NCBI GenBank assembly: GCA_018825335.1
Contig: JAHJEW010000052.1
Coordinates: 1-54,832 of the forward strand
Source of the DNA: Patescibacteria group bacterium
Lineage (GTDB): Bacteria > Patescibacteriota > Gracilibacteria > UBA1369
Direction: 5' to 3'
DNA length: 54,832 nt
In this document: positions 11,232 through 21,394 of the stretch, one piece after another
How the letters are laid out: the number at the start of each line of letters is the position of its first letter
Numbering within the stretch: the stretch's first letter is position 1
Made by a program: the position numbers and the translations under genes
Notes under the pieces: generated by a model
Database searches by the model: none
Told to the model about the DNA's origin: nothing
What the model saw: the letters and a program-made list of their open reading frames with translations, nothing else

Positions 11232-13052
11232 ATGAGCTTTATGAATACAAAAAATATCAGGAATTTCTGCATTATTGCCCATATTGATCATGGAAAATCG
11301 ACTTTGGCGGACAGATTGCTGGAGCTTACGGGAACTGTGAGCAAAAGGGATATGAAACATGCCCAGATGTTGGATACTATGGAGCTGGAACAGGAAAGAG
11401 GTATAACTATCAAGTTGCAGCCGGTGCAAATGGAGTTGGAGCGTGATCGAACAAATTTTGTACTCAACCTGATTGATACACCCGGCCATGTTGATTTTAC
11501 TTATGAGGTTTCCCGCAGTCTGGCAGCATGCGAAGGCGCAATTTTGATTGTGGATGCGACGCAGGGGATTGAGGCTCAGACCCTTGCTAATTGTTATATG
11601 GCCCTGGATCACAATCTGACTATTGTTCCGGTTTTAAATAAAATTGATCTGCCATCGGCGGATGTGCCGGCGCGCGCGATTGAGATTGAAAATACATTGG
11701 GTATTAAAAGAGATGAGATTATTGCCATATCGGCCAAAGAGGGGACCAATGTGGAGAAAGTCCTTGATGCCATTATTGACAGACTCCCCCCTCCTCCCCA
11801 GACGCATGAAGGTGATGAAACTAAGGCGCTGATTTTCGATTCGGTTTATGATTCATACAGGGGGGTTGTTTTGTATGTGAGGGTGATGTCCGGCGAGCTT
11901 AAGCGTGGTGATACAATTTATCTTCTTCATAACCGGCGGCAGCTGGAAGTTATTGAGGTTGGCCATTTTAAGCCTCAATATTTGAGCGTGGATGTGCTGG
12001 GATCCGGTGATGTAGGTTATGTGGTTTCGGGACTTAAGGATGTTAAAGATGCCCGAACCGGTGATACGATCTGGAAGCAGGGAACAAAGTCTTTAAAGGT
12101 CGATGAGGCAAGGCCTCTGGCGGGATATAAAGAGGTTAAACCGTATGTTTTTGCCAGTATTTATTGTACCGAAGGCGACGATTTTCCTTTGCTAAGAGAT
12201 GCTCTGGACAAACTGCATTTAAGCGACTCGGCCTTGACTTTTGAGCCGGAACAGTCGGGTGCGCTGGGACACGGTTTCCGGTGTGGGTTTTTGGGGCTTC
12301 TGCATCTGGATATTGTGCAGGAGCGACTTGAGCGCGAGTATGATCTAGATCTGATTGTGACGGCGCCATCGGTGTCTTATATTGCGATTTTGAAGGATGG
12401 TGAGGAGCTTTTTGTGGCCAATCCGGCGGATTTACCCGATCCGTCCAAGATCCTGGCGATTAAGGAGCCATGGGTGAAGGTGGAGGTTTTGACACCAAAA
12501 GATTATGTGGGAGCAATTATGCAGATGTCGCTTGAGAAAAGGGGAATAAATAAGAGTATGCAGTATATTGATGAGAATCGTGTGATTGTTTCTTTTGAAA
12601 TGCCTCTTGCTTCCATTGTTATTGATTATTTTGATCTTTTAAAAAGCGTAACTTCCGGTTATGCCTCAATGAATTATGAGTATCTTGAATATAGGGAGGG
12701 CAAACTGGTTAAGCTGGATATTTTGGTGGCCGGACAAAAGGTGGATGCGCTTTCGTCCATTGTGCACAGGGAACAGGCTTTTTATATTGGAAGCGCTCTT
12801 ACAAAAAAGCTTAAAGAACTTATTCCAAGGGCGCAGTTTGAAATCGCGATTCAGGCGGCGATTGGCAGTAAGATTGTTGCAAGGGAAACTATCAGCGCCA
12901 TGCGCAAGGATGTAACTGCAAAACTGTATGGCGGGGACAGAACGCGCAAAGATAAGCTTTTGAAGAAGCAAAAAGCGGGTAAAAAACGTCTAAAGAAGAT
13001 CGGGAAGATTGAATTGCCACAGGAAGCTTTTATGGCGATTTTGAAAAAATAA
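11232..13052 (+). CDS. lepA: Elongation factor 4 (LepA)
   Basis: IRNFCIIAHIDHGKSTLADR, DTPGHVDF, NKID, GFRCGFLGLLH, KDVTAKLYGGD. Start moved to ATG 11232 (11241 also possible). Confidence 0.97.
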   Translation: MSFMNTKNIRNFCIIAHIDHGKSTLADRLLELTGTVSKRDMKHAQMLDTMELEQERGITIKLQPVQMELERDRTNFVLNLIDTPGHVDFTYEVSRSLAACEGAILIVDATQGIEAQTLANCYMALDHNLTIVPVLNKIDLPSADVPARAIEIENTLGIKRDEIIAISAKEGTNVEKVLDAIIDRLPPPPQTHEGDETKALIFDSVYDSYRGVVLYVRVMSGELKRGDTIYLLHNRRQLEVIEVGHFKPQYLSVDVLGSGDVGYVVSGLKDVKDARTGDTIWKQGTKSLKVDEARPLAGYKEVKPYVFASIYCTEGDDFPLLRDALDKLHLSDSALTFEPEQSGALGHGFRCGFLGLLHLDIVQERLEREYDLDLIVTAPSVSYIAILKDGEELFVANPADLPDPSKILAIKEPWVKVEVLTPKDYVGAIMQMSLEKRGINKSMQYIDENRVIVSFEMPLASIVIDYFDLLKSVTSGYASMNYEYLEYREGKLVKLDILVAGQKVDALSSIVHREQAFYIGSALTKKLKELIPRAQFEIAIQAAIGSKIVARETISAMRKDVTAKLYGGDRTRKDKLLKKQKAGKKRLKKIGKIELPQEAFMAILKK

Positions 13053-13153
13053 TATGTTGTTTGTTGATGTAGAAGCAGCTTTGTGGCTGGTCTTTTAGCT
13101 GATTTTATGGTAATATATACGGATATTTTTGTATCTATCCGGCTATTATTATT

Positions 13154-14734
13154 ATGCAAAACGCTGACTTCTCATCGGGTAAAAGAAAAATCGGCCAAAA
13201 AATATTCTTTGCTTTTATTGTTGCCGGGCTTGCTGCGCTTGGTGTCTATTTGTTTGCAGGGGAGGGAATTTTGTTTAATCCCGGTCAAAATGGCAATTCA
13301 CACGTTGTAATGCGCGCGGAAAATGAGGTTTTGAGCATAGGCTATGCTTTTTATCCAGACAGCCTTGAGCCGACCCATTTTGATCAGGTTACGCGTAATT
13401 ATCTGGTGCAGATATATGAAAGCCCGGTGCGCACTGACGGTAATTTGAATATTAAACCGGGCCTGGCTGTTTCATGGGGTCTTTTGGATCCACTCACCTG
13501 GGAACTAAGGCTAAGGCCGGATGTGAAGTTTCATAATGGTAAAGCTTTGGAGCCGGCAGATGTGATTTATAGTATAAATCGGGCCGCGGGTTATGAAGAT
13601 TCTCAGCTTAAGGATTTGTTGAATACGGTTGAATCGGTAGAGGCTGAGGGATCCGACAAGATTTTAATTCATACGCGTGTGGCTGATCCGCTGCTTTTGA
13701 ACAAACTGGCTGTAACGTTTATTTTCCCTGCGGAATATGAGGATTTTTCTGTTCCGGTGGGTACCGGGCCTTATAAATTTATCGAATATGAAAGCGGTGA
13801 AATGCAGCTTGAAAGAAACATTGCATATTGGGGTACACTGCCTGCTTTTAATAAAGTGAGTTTAAGGGGGATTCCCGATAAGCGCGAGCGGCTTTCAGCA
13901 CTTGAAAGTGGAGATATAAAGCTATTGGCCAATGTGCCGCCTTCGGCGGCATGTGAGGAGTGTGAACAGATTAAATCTGATAACGTTGCGATAAAATCGA
14001 TTCCGAGTCTTGAAGTCAGTTTCTTGATGTTCAATCTGAAGAATCCGCTTTTTGGACTGCATGATCTAAGGGAGGCGCTTACTCATGTTTTTGACGCGGG
14101 TGTATTTGAAGATATTGCTTTTGGATTTGCCAAATCCGCCAATCAGTTTGTGAGTAGCGGAGTGTTTGGGTTTGATCCGTCTATCGATGATAAAGATTTT
14201 GACATGGATAGTGCAAAAAAGTTGATCGATCAGGCTTTGGGTAAAACTTTTAGCCGCGCTGTGATAGTTTTTGATTATCCGGAAGGGCTTGATGCAATTG
14301 GGCAGTATGTTCAGTCTCAGCTTTCCGATTTAGGCATTGATGTTCAGCTGAATCCGATAAATAGCGCGGAGCTTCAGCAAAAGATTTTAAGCGGCGAATC
14401 CGATTTTTATTTCTTGGGATGGCGCAGTGAACTTGGTGATGCCAGTGATTTGCTTTTGGCGGTTGCTCATAGTCGCGATCGGGTCAGCGGTTATGGACTT
14501 TATAACGGCAGCAACTATGTGAATAAAAAAGTTGATCAATTGATTGAGGCGAGCCGGGAAAATTTTGATGTGGAGGCTCGATTGGCGCAACTTCAGGAAG
14601 CGATGGAAATTATAACAGATGAAGATATTATTGGGATTCCGCTTTTTGAGTCGGAGACGATTTTCGCCTACGATAAAGGTCTTGGTTTTGAGCCGCGAGT
14701 TGACGGTTACATAATCGCATCAGAAATAACATAA
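13154..14734 (+). CDS. ABC-type substrate-binding protein, family 5 (DppA/OppA-like), N-terminally TM-anchored
   Basis: PGLAVSW, LRPDVKFHNG, PVGTGPYKF, and NGSNYVNKKVDQLI motifs. Confidence 0.88.
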   Translation: MQNADFSSGKRKIGQKIFFAFIVAGLAALGVYLFAGEGILFNPGQNGNSHVVMRAENEVLSIGYAFYPDSLEPTHFDQVTRNYLVQIYESPVRTDGNLNIKPGLAVSWGLLDPLTWELRLRPDVKFHNGKALEPADVIYSINRAAGYEDSQLKDLLNTVESVEAEGSDKILIHTRVADPLLLNKLAVTFIFPAEYEDFSVPVGTGPYKFIEYESGEMQLERNIAYWGTLPAFNKVSLRGIPDKRERLSALESGDIKLLANVPPSAACEECEQIKSDNVAIKSIPSLEVSFLMFNLKNPLFGLHDLREALTHVFDAGVFEDIAFGFAKSANQFVSSGVFGFDPSIDDKDFDMDSAKKLIDQALGKTFSRAVIVFDYPEGLDAIGQYVQSQLSDLGIDVQLNPINSAELQQKILSGESDFYFLGWRSELGDASDLLLAVAHSRDRVSGYGLYNGSNYVNKKVDQLIEASRENFDVEARLAQLQEAMEIITDEDIIGIPLFESETIFAYDKGLGFEPRVDGYIIASEIT

Positions 14735-14738
14735 GCTT

Positions 14739-16361
14739 ATGCATTCTCTAAAAACAAAACTTATTGCCTGGATTAGTGTGCTGATCATTATTTTATTCGG
14801 GATCAGCGCAGGGCTGTTTTTGGGCGAAAAGCAGCGGGAATTGACGGAAGATATTTTTGTTAATGCCAGGTCTTTTGCCGAATTGACGGCCGGATCGGTT
14901 GTGGCCGATTATAAGCTATATCTTCCACAGGAAAGTTTTATTTATTTCAATAGGGAAATAAAGGCGACTTTTGCCAAATTTCAGGATCTTTCCGGGATTA
15001 AAGTTATAAGTTATAAAGGTGAGCTGGCTTATGATTCGGCTACGGAAGGCGAAAAGCAGTATTTGGGTACGGCGCGTATGGTTATTGATCAAAATATGCT
15101 AAAGCAGGTTGCGTCCAGAAATCCGTCCGTGATGACTCTTGATAGTCAAAGGGTTGTTTATCTGAAGAAAAACGATGATGGCTTGATATCTTATGTTGAT
15201 GAAAATGAAATGCCTGCTCCGGCGCTGGCGCCCGATGAAAAAATCGCTTATCTGGTACAGCCGGCTACAAATGATTATGCTGTTGTTTATGGCATAACTT
15301 ACGCGAATTTACAGGATCGGGTCAATCAGACGATTATGAGGAGTCTGCTTCTGGCTTTGTTTGGTGTCGGTACGGGAATATTAATCGCCTATTTGTTTGC
15401 GGCGGGAATTACAAGGCCCCTAAAGAAACTGACCGAAGGCGCCGGGATTATAGCAAAGGGTAATTTTAAGCACAGAGTGGAGGTTAAAACCAGGGATGAA
15501 ATTGCGACGCTGGCGGGAGCTTTCAACAGCATGGCGCAGGATCTTGAAGTTAGTACCAAGGCACTTATTTATAAGGAGCGTGTGGCCAAGGAGCTTGAAA
15601 TTGCCGCCGGAATTCAGAAAGATCTTTTGCCGAAAGTTATTCCTTCCATTGCCGGACTTGATATTTCGGCGGGGCTGCTCCCGGCGGAAGAGATCGGTGG
15701 TGATTGTTATGACTTTCTTAAGCCAAATGATAATAGTCTACTTATGTATCTGGGTGATGTAACAGGGCATGGGGTTGCTTCCGGAATTGTGGGATCTATT
15801 GTTAATGCTTTGATATACAATTATTCGGATGCGGTGGATCTTAAAGAGCTCCTGGTTAGGATTAACAGTATTTTGAAGGAGAAAACAACATCGAATATGT
15901 TCATTACTATGGTTATGCTGCATTGGGATGCGACCATGAGACATTTGAAGTACGTTAGTGCCGGTCATGAGCAGATGATTCATTTTTGCGCAAAGGATGG
16001 CAAGGTTTCGCTTCTGCCTCCCGGAGGGCTGGCTCTTGGGATGATGCCTAATATTAGTGAGCTTTTGGAGGAGCGGTCATTGGTTCTTGAGGAAGGGGAT
16101 GTGCTGGTGGCTTACAGTGATGGTATTCCTGAAGCCTGGAAAAATGAAAAAGAGATGTATGGTATGTCGGGACTTAAAAGGGCGGTAAGCGAATATGGCC
16201 GTCTGGAAAACGCTCTGGCAATTCGTAATGCACTTCTTTCCGATGTTAAGCAGTATTCCGGGAATTGGAAACAGATGGATGATATGACTTTAATGGTACT
16301 TAAGCGGACCGAGAAAGATCCGCGGCTTTATAATGGACCGGTGCCTCCTGTTACGGTTTAG
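14739..16361 (+). CDS. Membrane sensor phosphatase: TM, extracellular domain, TM, HAMP, SpoIIE/PP2C (RsbU-like)
   Basis: HAMP (ITRPLKKL...DEIATLAGAFNSM) and PP2C motifs ELEIAAGIQ, IGGDCYD, GDVTGHG, SAGH, YSDGI, DDMT. Confidence 0.9.
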   Translation: MHSLKTKLIAWISVLIIILFGISAGLFLGEKQRELTEDIFVNARSFAELTAGSVVADYKLYLPQESFIYFNREIKATFAKFQDLSGIKVISYKGELAYDSATEGEKQYLGTARMVIDQNMLKQVASRNPSVMTLDSQRVVYLKKNDDGLISYVDENEMPAPALAPDEKIAYLVQPATNDYAVVYGITYANLQDRVNQTIMRSLLLALFGVGTGILIAYLFAAGITRPLKKLTEGAGIIAKGNFKHRVEVKTRDEIATLAGAFNSMAQDLEVSTKALIYKERVAKELEIAAGIQKDLLPKVIPSIAGLDISAGLLPAEEIGGDCYDFLKPNDNSLLMYLGDVTGHGVASGIVGSIVNALIYNYSDAVDLKELLVRINSILKEKTTSNMFITMVMLHWDATMRHLKYVSAGHEQMIHFCAKDGKVSLLPPGGLALGMMPNISELLEERSLVLEEGDVLVAYSDGIPEAWKNEKEMYGMSGLKRAVSEYGRLENALAIRNALLSDVKQYSGNWKQMDDMTLMVLKRTEKDPRLYNGPVPPVTV

Positions 16362-17605
16362 GCTTTGGCGCCCGGCACGGGAAATTTCAGGGCCATTTCC
16401 GTAACCTCCGATTTTATTTCGGCAAGTTTTTGGTCGTTTCCGTGATTTTTCATAGCGGCGTTCATCCATGCGACGATCTGGCGCATTTCGGGTTCTTTAA
16501 GACCACGGGTCGTCATGGCCGGTGTTCCGATACGGATGCCGCTGGGATCCAGTGGTGGGCGGGGATCGTTTGGAATCATGTTCATGTTGCAGGTGATTCC
16601 GGCTTTATCCAGAGCAATCTGGGCCTCCTTACCTGTTATTCCGTGGGTGGTTACATCGATTAACAACAGATGGTTGTCTGTTCCGCCGAACATTAGTCTG
16701 TAGCCGAGCTTGTTGAATTCTTCCTCGAAAATTTTAGCGTTGGCTTTGATTTGTCTGGCGTAATCTTTGTATGCCGGCTCGAGGGCTTCCTTAAATGCAA
16801 TTGCTTTTGCGGCGATGTTGTTTTCGTGCGGGCCTCCCTGAAAACCCGGGAATACGCTTTTGTCGATTTTTTTGGCGAAAGGTTGTTTGCAAAGTATAAG
16901 GCCGCCGCGGGGGCCGCGCAGGGTTTTGTGGGTGGTGGAGGTAATTATGTCGAAGTAAGGCACCGGATTGTTCATTTCACCGGCGGCTATGAGTCCGGCT
17001 ATGTGCGCTACATCGGCCATGGTCATGGCGCCGACTTTGTCGGCGATCTTTTTAATGTTTATATAGTCGATGTCGCGGGAGTAGGCGCTGTAGCCAACCA
17101 AAATCAGCTTTGGTTTGTGCTGCATGGCCATGGCCTCAAGATCGTTGAGGTCTATTTCCCCCGCGGCGTTGGTGTGATATCTGACAAAATTGAAGATTTT
17201 TGCCATGTGGGTTACGGGGTGACCATGGGTGAGGTGTCCGCCGTGAGACAAATCCATTCCAAGAATGGTGTCGCCCGGCTCCAGTATGCCAAAATAAACC
17301 GCTATATTTGCAGGAGCTCCGGAAAGAGGCTGAACATTGGCGTGATCGCATCCAAAAAGCTGTTTAACTCTTTCAATGGCCTGACTTTCCACGACATCTA
17401 TGTTTTCGCAACCGCCATAGTATCTTTTTCCGGGGTAACCCTCGGAATATTTATTTGTTAAAACAGATCCCAGCGCTTCCAGCACCGCCACAGACACGTA
17501 GTTTTCGGAAGGGATCAATTCAATTCCTTCACGCTGTCTTTTTTCTTCATGTTTAATAGCATCGTAGATCACAGGATCGTACGATTTTATTGATGTCATA
17601 TCCAT
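16358..17605 (-). CDS. glyA: Serine hydroxymethyltransferase
   Basis: LIPSENY, NKYSEGYPGKRYYGG, GGHLTHG, PLP lysine motif TTHKTLRGPRGG. Confidence 0.98.
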   Translation of the reverse strand: MDMTSIKSYDPVIYDAIKHEEKRQREGIELIPSENYVSVAVLEALGSVLTNKYSEGYPGKRYYGGCENIDVVESQAIERVKQLFGCDHANVQPLSGAPANIAVYFGILEPGDTILGMDLSHGGHLTHGHPVTHMAKIFNFVRYHTNAAGEIDLNDLEAMAMQHKPKLILVGYSAYSRDIDYINIKKIADKVGAMTMADVAHIAGLIAAGEMNNPVPYFDIITSTTHKTLRGPRGGLILCKQPFAKKIDKSVFPGFQGGPHENNIAAKAIAFKEALEPAYKDYARQIKANAKIFEEEFNKLGYRLMFGGTDNHLLLIDVTTHGITGKEAQIALDKAGITCNMNMIPNDPRPPLDPSGIRIGTPAMTTRGLKEPEMRQIVAWMNAAMKNHGNDQKLAEIKSEVTEMALKFPVPGAKA

Positions 17606-17616
17606 GAAAATGGTGG

Positions 17617-18177
17617 TTAAGGATTTGGAATGTGGATGATATTCGCTTCCGTTATTATTAGATCGACTTTTTGATCGTGATCTTCGCCCGCGATATTCTC
17701 AACGATCTGGAACTGATATGCAATCCCAATTTTTGTGCAGTTGAGCTTTAAAAGCAATCGGTCGAAAGAGCCTCCGCCATAGCCTATACGGTTGCCGTCA
17801 AGCGCGAAGGCCACTCCTGGAATTATGGCCAGATCGATTTTTTCGAGGGGAATTTTTTCAAGATCTTCTTTTGGTTCCGGAATGCTAAAGGTTCCTTTTT
17901 CCAGATCGTCCAGAGATTTGATGTGATAGAGGATTAAAGATGAATCGGACTGATTTAAACGCGGCAGAATGAAGTTTTTACTGCCTTTGTATTTATTGAA
18001 GAGCTGCGAAAGATCCACTTCGCCGTGGATTGCTATATAGATGAGAATATTTTGCGCATTTTGAAATTCAGGCAGTTTTTCGATCGTTTCAATAATTTTT
18101 TTATCTTTCGGCGCTTTATCACGCGGGGATTGCTGTGTTCTTTTATATAGTATTTGTTCACGGATTTGTTTTTTCAT
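17617..18177 (-). CDS. 5-formyltetrahydrofolate cyclo-ligase
   Basis: IPEP, IIPGVAF..GNRIGYGGGSFDR and HDQKVDLIITE motifs. Confidence 0.93.
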   Translation of the reverse strand: MKKQIREQILYKRTQQSPRDKAPKDKKIIETIEKLPEFQNAQNILIYIAIHGEVDLSQLFNKYKGSKNFILPRLNQSDSSLILYHIKSLDDLEKGTFSIPEPKEDLEKIPLEKIDLAIIPGVAFALDGNRIGYGGGSFDRLLLKLNCTKIGIAYQFQIVENIAGEDHDQKVDLIITEANIIHIPNP

Positions 18178-18247
18178 GGTTCAATTAAAACATAATATAT
18201 TGTTACTTTAAAGATGTTTCGCTAAAATAGGTGGGCTTCTTTCCCAT

Positions 18248-18335
18248 GCGCAAGTGGCGGAACTGGTAGACGCGCCACCTTGAGGGGGTGGTGGGCTTTA
18301 AGCTCGTGGAGGTTCAAGTCCTCTCTTGCGCACCA
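18248..18335 (+). tRNA. tRNA-Leu(GAG)
   Basis: GCGCAAGTGGCGGAACTGGTAGACGCG; anticodon arm CCACC-TT-GAG-GG-GGTGG; long variable arm; CCA end. Confidence 0.96.
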
Positions 18336-18340
18336 AAGAA

Positions 18341-19288
18341 CTAGAAAAGTTTACTTCTATAGAAGTATAGTATCCCAAGAATTGAAGAGATGATCAAAAT
18401 ACCCATGACTATCAGGAAGGCGTGGGGTGAATCCTGGTAGGGGAGCGAAAGGTTCATGCCGTAAATGCTTGCCACGAGTGTGGGGATCATGAGTATGATT
18501 GTGATGGAGGTGAGCGTTTTTACGGTGCGGTTTACCTCGTTGGAAATGATGGTGGAAAAAGTGTTTGTGGTGTCTATGACTATGCGGTCATAGATCTTGG
18601 TCGTTTCAATGGCCTGTTTGGTTTCGTCCAAAACGTCTTCTATCAGTTCTTCGTCTTCTTCGGTGGAATTGAACAGTTTGCGTTTTGCCAGTTTTTCCAC
18701 GACGTAATTATTGGAACGGAGTGAGCGGTTAAAGTAGGCCAGTGATTTTCCAATGTCCATAAGCCTTGTGATTTGTTCGTTCTGGGCGGATTTTTCCAGA
18801 TGGTTTTGTGCAATGGTGATGCCGGAGTTTATGACTTTGAGATAGCGCAGATATATTTTGGAAGAAAAGAGCATTAGTTTCATAATCAGGCGCTGCTTTT
18901 GGGCGGTATTTATAATTTTATTGTTATCGAAATTTTTCAGTTTGAGCCTTAAATAGTTCATAACGTCATTTTTGCCGTCGCTGATGGTGATGACATAATC
19001 GCGGTTGTACAAAATACCCAAAGGTACCACGGCATATTCCCCAAGGCTGCTGTTGGGCTGGTTAAGAGGAGTCTGTATAAGTATAAACTGGAAATCTTCC
19101 TCTTCCTCCACTTTTGGTACTTCGTCGGTGTCTTTTACGGAGATGAGTACTTCTTCCGGAATCTCAAAGAAGGGTTTTAATTCTCTTAAATCTTCTTCGG
19201 TAGGTGCCTGTATGTCGATCCAACAGCCCGGTTGAGGCTTTTTTGGATTGGCAAGTTTTCCCCGCACGGTATTGTAGATTTTGTACAT
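18341..19288 (-). CDS. corA: CorA-family Mg2+ transporter
   Basis: IPTLVASIYGMN signature followed by two C-terminal TM helices. Confidence 0.92.
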   Translation of the reverse strand: MYKIYNTVRGKLANPKKPQPGCWIDIQAPTEEDLRELKPFFEIPEEVLISVKDTDEVPKVEEEEDFQFILIQTPLNQPNSSLGEYAVVPLGILYNRDYVITISDGKNDVMNYLRLKLKNFDNNKIINTAQKQRLIMKLMLFSSKIYLRYLKVINSGITIAQNHLEKSAQNEQITRLMDIGKSLAYFNRSLRSNNYVVEKLAKRKLFNSTEEDEELIEDVLDETKQAIETTKIYDRIVIDTTNTFSTIISNEVNRTVKTLTSITIILMIPTLVASIYGMNLSLPYQDSPHAFLIVMGILIISSILGILYFYRSKLF

Positions 19289-19391
19289 GCGTGCAAATTA
19301 TAGGCTTAAGTAATATAGATTTTTTAAATCCAGTTGAAAAGTGTAAATTGCTGTGATAAGTTTTTCTGGCCCTTTAAAGGAAGATCTTTTT

Positions 19392-19467
19392 GGACGCTTA
19401 GCTCAGTTGGTAGAGCACCTCGTTTACACCGAGGGGGTCAAAGGTTCGAGCCCTTTAGCGTCCACCA
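19392..19467 (+). tRNA. tRNA-Val(TAC)
   Basis: GGACGCTTAGCTCAGTTGGTAGAGC; anticodon arm CCTCG-TT-TAC-AC-CGAGG; CCA end. Confidence 0.96.
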
Positions 19468-21392
19468 TAGGAATTTCCAAGTATTTTCAGGCATAAATCT
19501 TTAATTGCGTTGGCCGATATTTTGGCGTGTTCATATAAATCCTGCGATGTACCGGAAAGCTGATACTCTCTTACCGCAATGTTTTCAAAAACCTGAGGGC
19601 AAACATTTTCCTCCATAAGGTATTTTGCAAGTTGGGAAGATAGGCCGGAAACCGCGTTGTGGTCCTCCGCTGTTATTACTTTGCCTGTTTTCTTTATTGA
19701 ATCCAGTAAAGTTTGATCAAATTTTTTGATCGATGTTGCGGCGATCAGTTCAATCGATAATTCCGAATGTTCCTGTTTAATCTGATCAAGAGCTTTTATA
19801 GATTCGGCAACAATCGCGCCCGTGGCTACAATGGTGAGGTCGTTTCCGGCGCGGATTATATCGGATTTGCCGTATTCATATTTATAATCGGTTCCATAAA
19901 AAGGCGTACCGTCTTCTTTTGTGATCACGGGATACTTGTGCCTTCCCATCCGTACATAAAAGTTTCCGTAGTGCGAGGCTACAAAGCGGATAATGCGGTC
20001 TGTCTGATTGGGGTCGGCGGGTTCGATTATCATGGTATTGAAAAATCCCAGGAAAGAGCTTGTATCGTCCAGGGCCTGGTGGGTTGGACCGTCTTCGCCG
20101 ACGGAAAGTCCGCAATGGGTTGACACCATTTTTACATTGGTGCAATTAATATCGTTAACTCTGACCTGATCTTTGGCGCGGCTGGTCATAAATGCGCCAA
20201 ATGTTGAGCAAAAGGGGATGTATCCTGCCAGGCTCAATCCACCCGAGACGGAAAGCATGTTTTGTTCGGCGATGCCCACTTCAATATGTTGCTCCGGCAA
20301 ATTTTTGGCTACGCCGCCGGTTTTTACGGAATCGCGCAGATCAGCGCTCAGAGCAAGAACGGATTTGTTTCTTTTGGCGAGATCCAGGAGAGCGGCTCCA
20401 TAGGCGCTGCGGCAGTCTGTGGTTTCTTCCGTGCCGTATAAGACCGGTTCTCCCTCGTCGATCTGCATCGGCTTTAGGCTTTCTGTAAACTTGGGATCAG
20501 CCGGGCTCCACTTCACAATTTCTTTTATATGTTTAAGTTCCTCTTTCTCTTCATCGGTCAGTGCCAGTTTGGAAAGGGCCAGGTCGGCCATATCCGGTTT
20601 TGGAGCGTTGCCGTGCCAGGTTGATTTGAGGTTTTTGCCTTCGGTTTCCATGTAATCGACTCCTTTACCCATAATTGTGTGACCAATAATGACAACCGGT
20701 TTCCCCGTGACTTCGTATGCCTGACCAATGGCTTTCCACATTGCCGCAAAATCGTGTCCGTCAGCCTCTATAACGTGCCATTTTGCCGATTTGAAAATAG
20801 CGGGCAGATCCAGCGGCATGATTTCTTCAAGACTGGCGGTGAGCTGAACTTCATTGTAGTCAATGAAAGTTATCAGGTTGTCCAGCTTGTATTTGGCCGC
20901 GAAATGGGTCATTTCGTAAACCTGTCCTTCCTGGGCTTCTCCGTCTCCCATCAAAGCAAAAACTTTTTCGGATGAACCGTGCAGTTTTTCTGCAAGCGCA
21001 AAAGCCGCTGCGACCGATACACCTATGCCAAGCGGACCGGTGCCATAGTAAACTCCCTTAACGTGACGGGTGACATGCCCTTCATAAATGCTGCCAAGCT
21101 GGCGAAAAGTGTTAATAACATCATCTTTTGGTATATAGCCTATTTCCGCCAGAATGCTGTAAACCGCGGGTGAAATGTGGCCGTTGGAAACAACGATCTT
21201 TTGGCCGGATTGAGAGATTATGAAAGAGTATAAAAGTGAAAGATAGTCTATGCAGGAAAGAGAACCACCAGGGTGTCCGCTCTGCGCTTGTTTGAGCATG
21301 GCGATGATTGTTCCCCTGCATGATTTTGCCACTGTTTCCAGGAATTTTATTTGTTCTTGGGACAGGTCTTGTCCGATTTTAGGTATTTCCAT
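19455..21392 (-). CDS. tkt: Transketolase
   Basis: SGHPGGSLS, SNGH, TGPLG, TPP motif GDGE..EG, GIAEQ, GEDGPTHQ. Confidence 0.95.
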   Translation of the reverse strand: MEIPKIGQDLSQEQIKFLETVAKSCRGTIIAMLKQAQSGHPGGSLSCIDYLSLLYSFIISQSGQKIVVSNGHISPAVYSILAEIGYIPKDDVINTFRQLGSIYEGHVTRHVKGVYYGTGPLGIGVSVAAAFALAEKLHGSSEKVFALMGDGEAQEGQVYEMTHFAAKYKLDNLITFIDYNEVQLTASLEEIMPLDLPAIFKSAKWHVIEADGHDFAAMWKAIGQAYEVTGKPVVIIGHTIMGKGVDYMETEGKNLKSTWHGNAPKPDMADLALSKLALTDEEKEELKHIKEIVKWSPADPKFTESLKPMQIDEGEPVLYGTEETTDCRSAYGAALLDLAKRNKSVLALSADLRDSVKTGGVAKNLPEQHIEVGIAEQNMLSVSGGLSLAGYIPFCSTFGAFMTSRAKDQVRVNDINCTNVKMVSTHCGLSVGEDGPTHQALDDTSSFLGFFNTMIIEPADPNQTDRIIRFVASHYGNFYVRMGRHKYPVITKEDGTPFYGTDYKYEYGKSDIIRAGNDLTIVATGAIVAESIKALDQIKQEHSELSIELIAATSIKKFDQTLLDSIKKTGKVITAEDHNAVSGLSSQLAKYLMEENVCPQVFENIAVREYQLSGTSQDLYEHAKISANAIKDLCLKILGNSYGGR

Positions 21393-21394
21393 TT

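Noticed and set aside
16751..17461. Long antisense ORFs (236 aa opposite glyA, 199 aa opposite ileS, 218 aa opposite UDG)
   Set aside because: They are shadow frames of conserved genes with no independent motifs.
18178..18247. 6S RNA upstream of the 5-formyl-THF cyclo-ligase gene, a common synteny
   Set aside because: Only 70 bp of AT-rich promoter DNA separate the gene from tRNA-Leu, too short for 6S RNA.
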